DNA of 64,000 bases from Acidimicrobiia bacterium (lineage in GTDB: Bacteria > Actinomycetota > Acidimicrobiia > Spongiisociales > ZC4RG35), in contig CBDBCY010000004.1 of assembly GCA_965203555.1 (NCBI GenBank), positions 224,001 through 288,000 of the forward strand. The letters run 5' to 3'. Below are positions 59,519 to 64,000 of the stretch, piece by piece. The notes below the pieces were generated by a model. The model was not told the DNA's origin, ran no database searches, and saw only the letters and a list, made by a program, of their open reading frames with translations. Made by a program: the position numbers and the translations under genes. The first letter of the stretch is position 1, and every line of letters starts with the position of its first letter.

Positions 59519-59948
59519 CCCAATCACCCATTTCGGACTGTTGGCGGGACGGGTCACGCAGATTGCACGATCACCGCTGCTAGGGCCGAGCAGTTCAGCC
59601 CCCACGTTCAAATCCTGTTGTGGATCAAATCCTGTCGTGCTCTGTGCATGCTTAATGGTTTGGCCCCTTGGGCAGTTTCCGATGTCGTTTGCCGATCGGG
59701 GTTGTCCTTTTTCTCTATGCATGTCGCTCTTTCGGGTGTGTGCTTTCTATTGTAGACATATCAATAGGGGGGTAGACGTATGGTGAGTGTATGGCTATTG
59801 TGGGGTTTGCAAGCAATTCGAGGGGTTTCGTCATGCCTGCAATACGGGGGAGGGTATTTCTGTCTGGTGTTCTCCGATGCAAAGAAGGTGGGAGGTTGGG
59901 TAGTGGGTGTGACAAGGTTGAGGTTGCAGCCCCGGATGGTGATGCAGA

Positions 59949-60013
59949 TGGCGGTGACTCGTGTTGTGTTTGCCGGCTGATCGTAAGGGGCTTTGGCGGT
60001 GACTCGTGTTGTG
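59949..60013. repeat. 20-bp direct repeat pair, 45-bp period
   Basis: tggcggtgactcgtgttgtg at 59949-59968 and 59994-60013. Confidence 0.8.
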
Positions 60014-60140
60014 ATCTTGGATTGATCCAGGTTGTCTGTGTTGGCTTTGTGAGGATGTCGAGGTCTCTGAACTAGCCCGTTATCAGATATACTTTGGCCG
60101 AAGGGCGACGCGGCCCGAACCCTAGTCGGAAGGGGGAGCA

Positions 60141-62543
60141 TTGGTGCGATCAGGCCAGCATGATCGAGAGTTGCTGGCGTTGAAGGATCGTCTGTCGCGG
60201 CTTAGCCAGGCCAGCCTGCGCATTAACGAGAGTCTGGACTTCGATACAGTGCTTCAGGGTGTTCTCGATTCGGCTCGGTCTTTGACTGGTGCCCGTTATG
60301 GGGTGATGACGCTGTTCGATCACGGGGGCTGGGTGGAGGAGTTTCTGTCCTCGGGTATAACCGCCGGGAAGGCCGAGCTGCTGTGGCAGGTCCAGGACGG
60401 GTTGCAGGTCTTTGAGGCGCTGACTGAAGCCTCGGAGCCTCAGAGGCTCCCCGATTTGGTGGAGCATCTCCGGTCTCTGGGCTTTAGCAAGTTCGCTTCA
60501 CCTCTGCGGGCTGGGGTTTCGTCCTTCCTGGCGGCGCCTATGTTTCATCGGGGTGTTCGGGTGGGTCATGTGTTCTTGGCGGGTAAGGAAGATGGGGAGG
60601 AGTTCACCCGGGCGGATGAGGAGACTCTGGTGATGTTCGCCTCGCAGGCGGCGCTGGTTATCGCCAACGCCCGCCAGCACCGGGAGGTAAGGCAGGCCAG
60701 GTCGGATTTGGAGACTTTGGTGGACACCTCTCCGGTGGGTGTTGTGGTTCTGGATGCCCGGACGGGAGCGCCGGCGTCGTTCAACCGGGAGACTATGCGT
60801 ATTGTGGATGGCCTGCGGGAAGGGGAACAGCCGGTGCAGGATCTGTTGGACTTGATGACTTTCGTGCGTTCCGACGGCCGGGAGGTCTCCCTCAGGGAGT
60901 TGCCGCTGGTCGAGGCATTGAGGTCCGGTGAGACGGTCCGCGCCGAGGAGATCGTGCTGAGGGTGCCCGACGGGCGAAGCGTCAGCGTTCTGCTCAACGC
61001 CACGCCAATCCACTCCGACGACGGCCATTTGGCATCCTTCGTCGTGACCATCCAGGACATGACCCCCCTCAAGGAGCAGGAGCGGCTACGGGCCGAGTTC
61101 CTGGCCATGGTGAGCCACGAACTGATGATGCCCCTGGCCGCTGTAAAGGGATCAGTCACCACCTTGCTGGAGACCGCCGGTGACCTGGACCTTGCAGAGA
61201 TGAGTCAGTTCTTTCACATAATTCGCGACCAGTCGGACCAGATGAGGCACCTGATCGGTGACCTCCTGGACGTAGCCCGCATCGAGACCGGCACCCTCCC
61301 GGTGTCCCCCAAACCCGCCGACCTGCGCCACATAGTGGGTGAAGCCAAAATCAGGTTCGAGAGCGGAGACACAAGGACCGCCCTGAATGTGGACCTGCCA
61401 GCAGACCTACCCCTGGTGATGGCCGACCGGCGGCGCATCGTCCAAGTGCTGAGCAACCTGCAGGCCAACGCCGCCGCGTACTCACCGGACGGGTCGCGGG
61501 TGCTGGTGACCGCCGTCCGGGAGGGCGTACACGTGGAGGTTTCGGTCTCCGACCAGGGACAGGGAATACAACCGGAACAACTACCCAAGCTGTTCCACAA
61601 GTTCTCCCGGGCACCCGGCGTCGATCGGTCGGGTCTGCGTCTTGCCGTCTGCAGAGGTATCGTGGAGGCCCACGGAGGCCGTATCTCGGCCGAGAGCGAC
61701 GGTCCCGGTCTCGGAGCGCGGTTCGCGTTCACCCTGCCGGTGGCGGAGCACACCGCAACCCCTGTTCCCGTACCGGCTGCCCCCGATTCGCGATCGCCAG
61801 CCCAGGTGCGGGTCTTGGCCGTTGACGACGACCAGCAGGCGCTGAGGTACGTCCGCGAAGCGCTGGCCAGAGCGGGCTACGCGCCCATCGTGACCGGCGA
61901 CCCCGCCGAGGTACCCCGTCTTATGGCCGAAGAGAAACCCCATGTCGTGCTGTTGAACCTGGTACTGCCAGGAAACAACAGCACGGAACTGATGAACGAG
62001 ATCCTGAACACGGCGGACGTGCCGGTCATCCTCCTGTCTGTGTACAGCCAAGACGAAACCGTGGCAAGGGCTTTAGACAAAGGAGCCGCCGACTATCTGG
62101 TAAAACCGTTCTCACCGACGGAACTGGCCGCCAGGATACGCACCGCCCTCCGCAAACGGCTGGATCCCTTCCATAACGAACCCTCCGGACCCTACACCAC
62201 CGGACGCCTCAGCATCGACTACACCCAGCGCCGGGTGACCGTGGATGGGGAGCCGGTGAAAACGACCGCAACGGAATACGCTCTGTTATACGAACTGGCG
62301 ACGAACGCTCCGAGGGTGCTGCCCCATAGCGTGCTGTTACAACGGGTCTGGGGTCCCGAGAGAGTCGGCGAGGCATGGCTGGTGCGAGACGTAGTGAAAA
62401 GACTCCGACGCAAACTAGGCGACAACGCCGACAGCCCCACATACATCTTCACCGAACCACGCGTCGGCTACCGAATGGCGACAGAGAGACCCAGCAACGG
62501 CAAGCGACAAGAAACGGCTGACCCAGCACACTCCCTCCGCTGA
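60141..62543 (+). CDS. Fused GAF-PAS-HisKA-HATPase-receiver-winged-helix signalling protein with degenerate motifs
   Basis: SARSLTGARYG (GAF), DTSPVGVVVLD (PAS), SHELMMPL, VLAVDDD...KPF and ELATNAPRVL...LRRKLG...TEPRVGY (OmpR-type output). Confidence 0.9.
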   Translation: MVRSGQHDRELLALKDRLSRLSQASLRINESLDFDTVLQGVLDSARSLTGARYGVMTLFDHGGWVEEFLSSGITAGKAELLWQVQDGLQVFEALTEASEPQRLPDLVEHLRSLGFSKFASPLRAGVSSFLAAPMFHRGVRVGHVFLAGKEDGEEFTRADEETLVMFASQAALVIANARQHREVRQARSDLETLVDTSPVGVVVLDARTGAPASFNRETMRIVDGLREGEQPVQDLLDLMTFVRSDGREVSLRELPLVEALRSGETVRAEEIVLRVPDGRSVSVLLNATPIHSDDGHLASFVVTIQDMTPLKEQERLRAEFLAMVSHELMMPLAAVKGSVTTLLETAGDLDLAEMSQFFHIIRDQSDQMRHLIGDLLDVARIETGTLPVSPKPADLRHIVGEAKIRFESGDTRTALNVDLPADLPLVMADRRRIVQVLSNLQANAAAYSPDGSRVLVTAVREGVHVEVSVSDQGQGIQPEQLPKLFHKFSRAPGVDRSGLRLAVCRGIVEAHGGRISAESDGPGLGARFAFTLPVAEHTATPVPVPAAPDSRSPAQVRVLAVDDDQQALRYVREALARAGYAPIVTGDPAEVPRLMAEEKPHVVLLNLVLPGNNSTELMNEILNTADVPVILLSVYSQDETVARALDKGAADYLVKPFSPTELAARIRTALRKRLDPFHNEPSGPYTTGRLSIDYTQRRVTVDGEPVKTTATEYALLYELATNAPRVLPHSVLLQRVWGPERVGEAWLVRDVVKRLRRKLGDNADSPTYIFTEPRVGYRMATERPSNGKRQETADPAHSLR

Positions 62544-63075
62544 CCGCCTAACAAGGTCTATTCGCGTCTCAGGCATCACCTAATGACGATGACCGGCACG
62601 GCCTACACCATCCGCCAACACGCAACCGGTACAGCCCATCGGAAGAAGAGTCAGGCAGAAGCGCTGGGGTGAGGCGTTCGAGGTTGTCGAAGGGGGAACC
62701 GTTCGTAACGTTGGGAGCAATGGCCGCGGGCGGTCCCACTGGCGACATGGTAGGAGCGATATGGGGGTGGGCGTTTCTGGCACTGTCGCAGGTGGGGGAG
62801 CGACGGCGAGGGCGGGTTCACGATGGAGTGGCTATGTATGCGCCACAGGCGTTCTCGTCTACTGGCGACTTTTGTACACCACCTAATTCCAGCGAGGCCT
62901 CAACCTCTAACCAAGGACCCCCTCCCTAACCCTGCTCCCCACAAATACGCGCAACCTCCATTTTGGGGTTGCGTCAAAGGTCGGGATGCTTCGGTTGGAA
63001 GTATAGGAAGTAACAAGCCTGTGACCTGGGGTTTTGGACCGTTCTGAAACGTCAGGAGACGGCAGGAAACATCGG

Positions 63076-63160
63076 TGCCGGGAGCGGGATTCGAACCCGC
63101 ACGGAGTTGCCCCCAATGGATTTTGAGTCCATCGCGTCTGCCAGATTTCGCCATCCCGGC
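63076..63160 (-). tRNA. tRNA-Leu (CAA)
   Basis: Reverse complement GCCGGGATGGCGAAATCTGGCAGACGCGATGGACT-CAA-AATCCATTGGGGGCAACTCCGTGCGGGTTCGAATCCCGCTCCCGGCA; long variable arm, T-loop GTTCGAATC; CCA is not fully encoded. Confidence 0.96.
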
Positions 63161-63674
63161 TGTCCAGGTTGATTGTAGGCAGAATCGGGGAAAGGAGTGT
63201 TCGAGGTTTGACCTACCGAACGTTCTGTACTCAACGCGTCCCTGCTCGATCAATTCGGCATCGCTTCCGGGGCGCCGCCGCCCCGGGCACACCTTATCCC
63301 TTCGGGTTTCCCCTCCCGACCCGCCGCCGCCTCCTGGTCGATGTGGCTCTGGATCGGGCAGGGTAACCCGAACCGAGGATTGGTCGTCGGCTAGATGCTC
63401 CTCCTGGCGGGCCGTCGAGGCCGGCACCTGTGGAGGAGACTTGTGATGATCGTTTGCGTCCGGACGGCAAGCGATGTTTGTGCTGGTAATCATCATGGGG
63501 TCGCAAGTGTGACACTTCGAACATGGCCTCCAAGGATTGGCTCTCGGCAATTGAAGATTTCCCGGCCGGTGGCCGCGGCATCTTGGTGGCCGGTGCCAGC
63601 GAACCTGATCCGTCCTGTCGGCGCGCGGGCCTTCGCAGCGCTGGCGGGCATTGCCTCCGATATGCTCAATCGGA

Positions 63675-63974
63675 ATGGGGAACAGGCGCCTGTCGAAGAA
63701 GTTGTTCGTGGTGAATAATCGTCTCTTGCATCTGGAGCAGGAGGAGACTCAAATCTCCGCCGAACTGGACTACCACCGCCACCTGGCTGATGACGCGGTC
63801 CGGGACGCGGCCGTGTTCGACTCCGAACTGCACCGCAACGCGGCCGATCGGGCGCTGGCCGATGTCGACCGGTTCGAGAGGGCCCTGACAGAGATCGACT
63901 ACCGGCGGGAGGTTCTGCGGGCAAAGCGAGACCGGTTGTTGGATCGCATGGACTCCTTCGAGGACCTGTACTGA
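63675..63974 (+). CDS. Small coiled-coil hypothetical protein
   Basis: Helical, charge-patterned 99 aa ORF with GC-rich third codon positions. Confidence 0.65.
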   Translation: MGNRRLSKKLFVVNNRLLHLEQEETQISAELDYHRHLADDAVRDAAVFDSELHRNAADRALADVDRFERALTEIDYRREVLRAKRDRLLDRMDSFEDLY

Positions 63975-64000
63975 TGTCCACACTGGCGCTGATCGACGGG

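Noticed and set aside
59949-60013. Direct repeat as a mini CRISPR array
   Set aside because: Only two 20-bp copies, no palindromic repeat structure and no cas genes.

Overview
High-GC bacterial DNA with an actinobacterial gene set (DUF222/HNH protein, group II truncated haemoglobin, MMPL, Mer-like LLM enzymes). An Acidimicrobiia-like origin is my inference and was not tested. Left to right: an IS3 remnant and a DUF222-HNH gene; a uracil permease divergent from a URC1-URC4-upp uracil catabolism cluster; trHbO; an ABC exporter; an accessory/defence region at about 9.6-24.1 kb (toxin-antitoxin-like pairs, MBL hydrolase, a family of membrane-anchored repeat proteins, type II R-M, a helicase IV-like nuclease fusion, an ISL3 remnant, GmrSD); a histidine utilisation cluster; a dehydratase, VOC and MMPL genes; a nucleoside ABC/phosphorylase operon; an IS3 mosaic; a 14.5-kb catabolic cluster (Dpp-type ABC, two LLMs, three amidohydrolases, an ADC-family protein); a PPC-repeat lipoprotein; a degenerate fused sensor kinase-regulator; and tRNA-Leu(CAA). 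The strongest candidate for new biology is the hut operon. It has hutF, whose product is N-formylglutamate, but no hutG in the window, and a peptide deformylase homologue overlaps hutF where that activity is needed. All calls come from motif recognition by eye; no searches were run.
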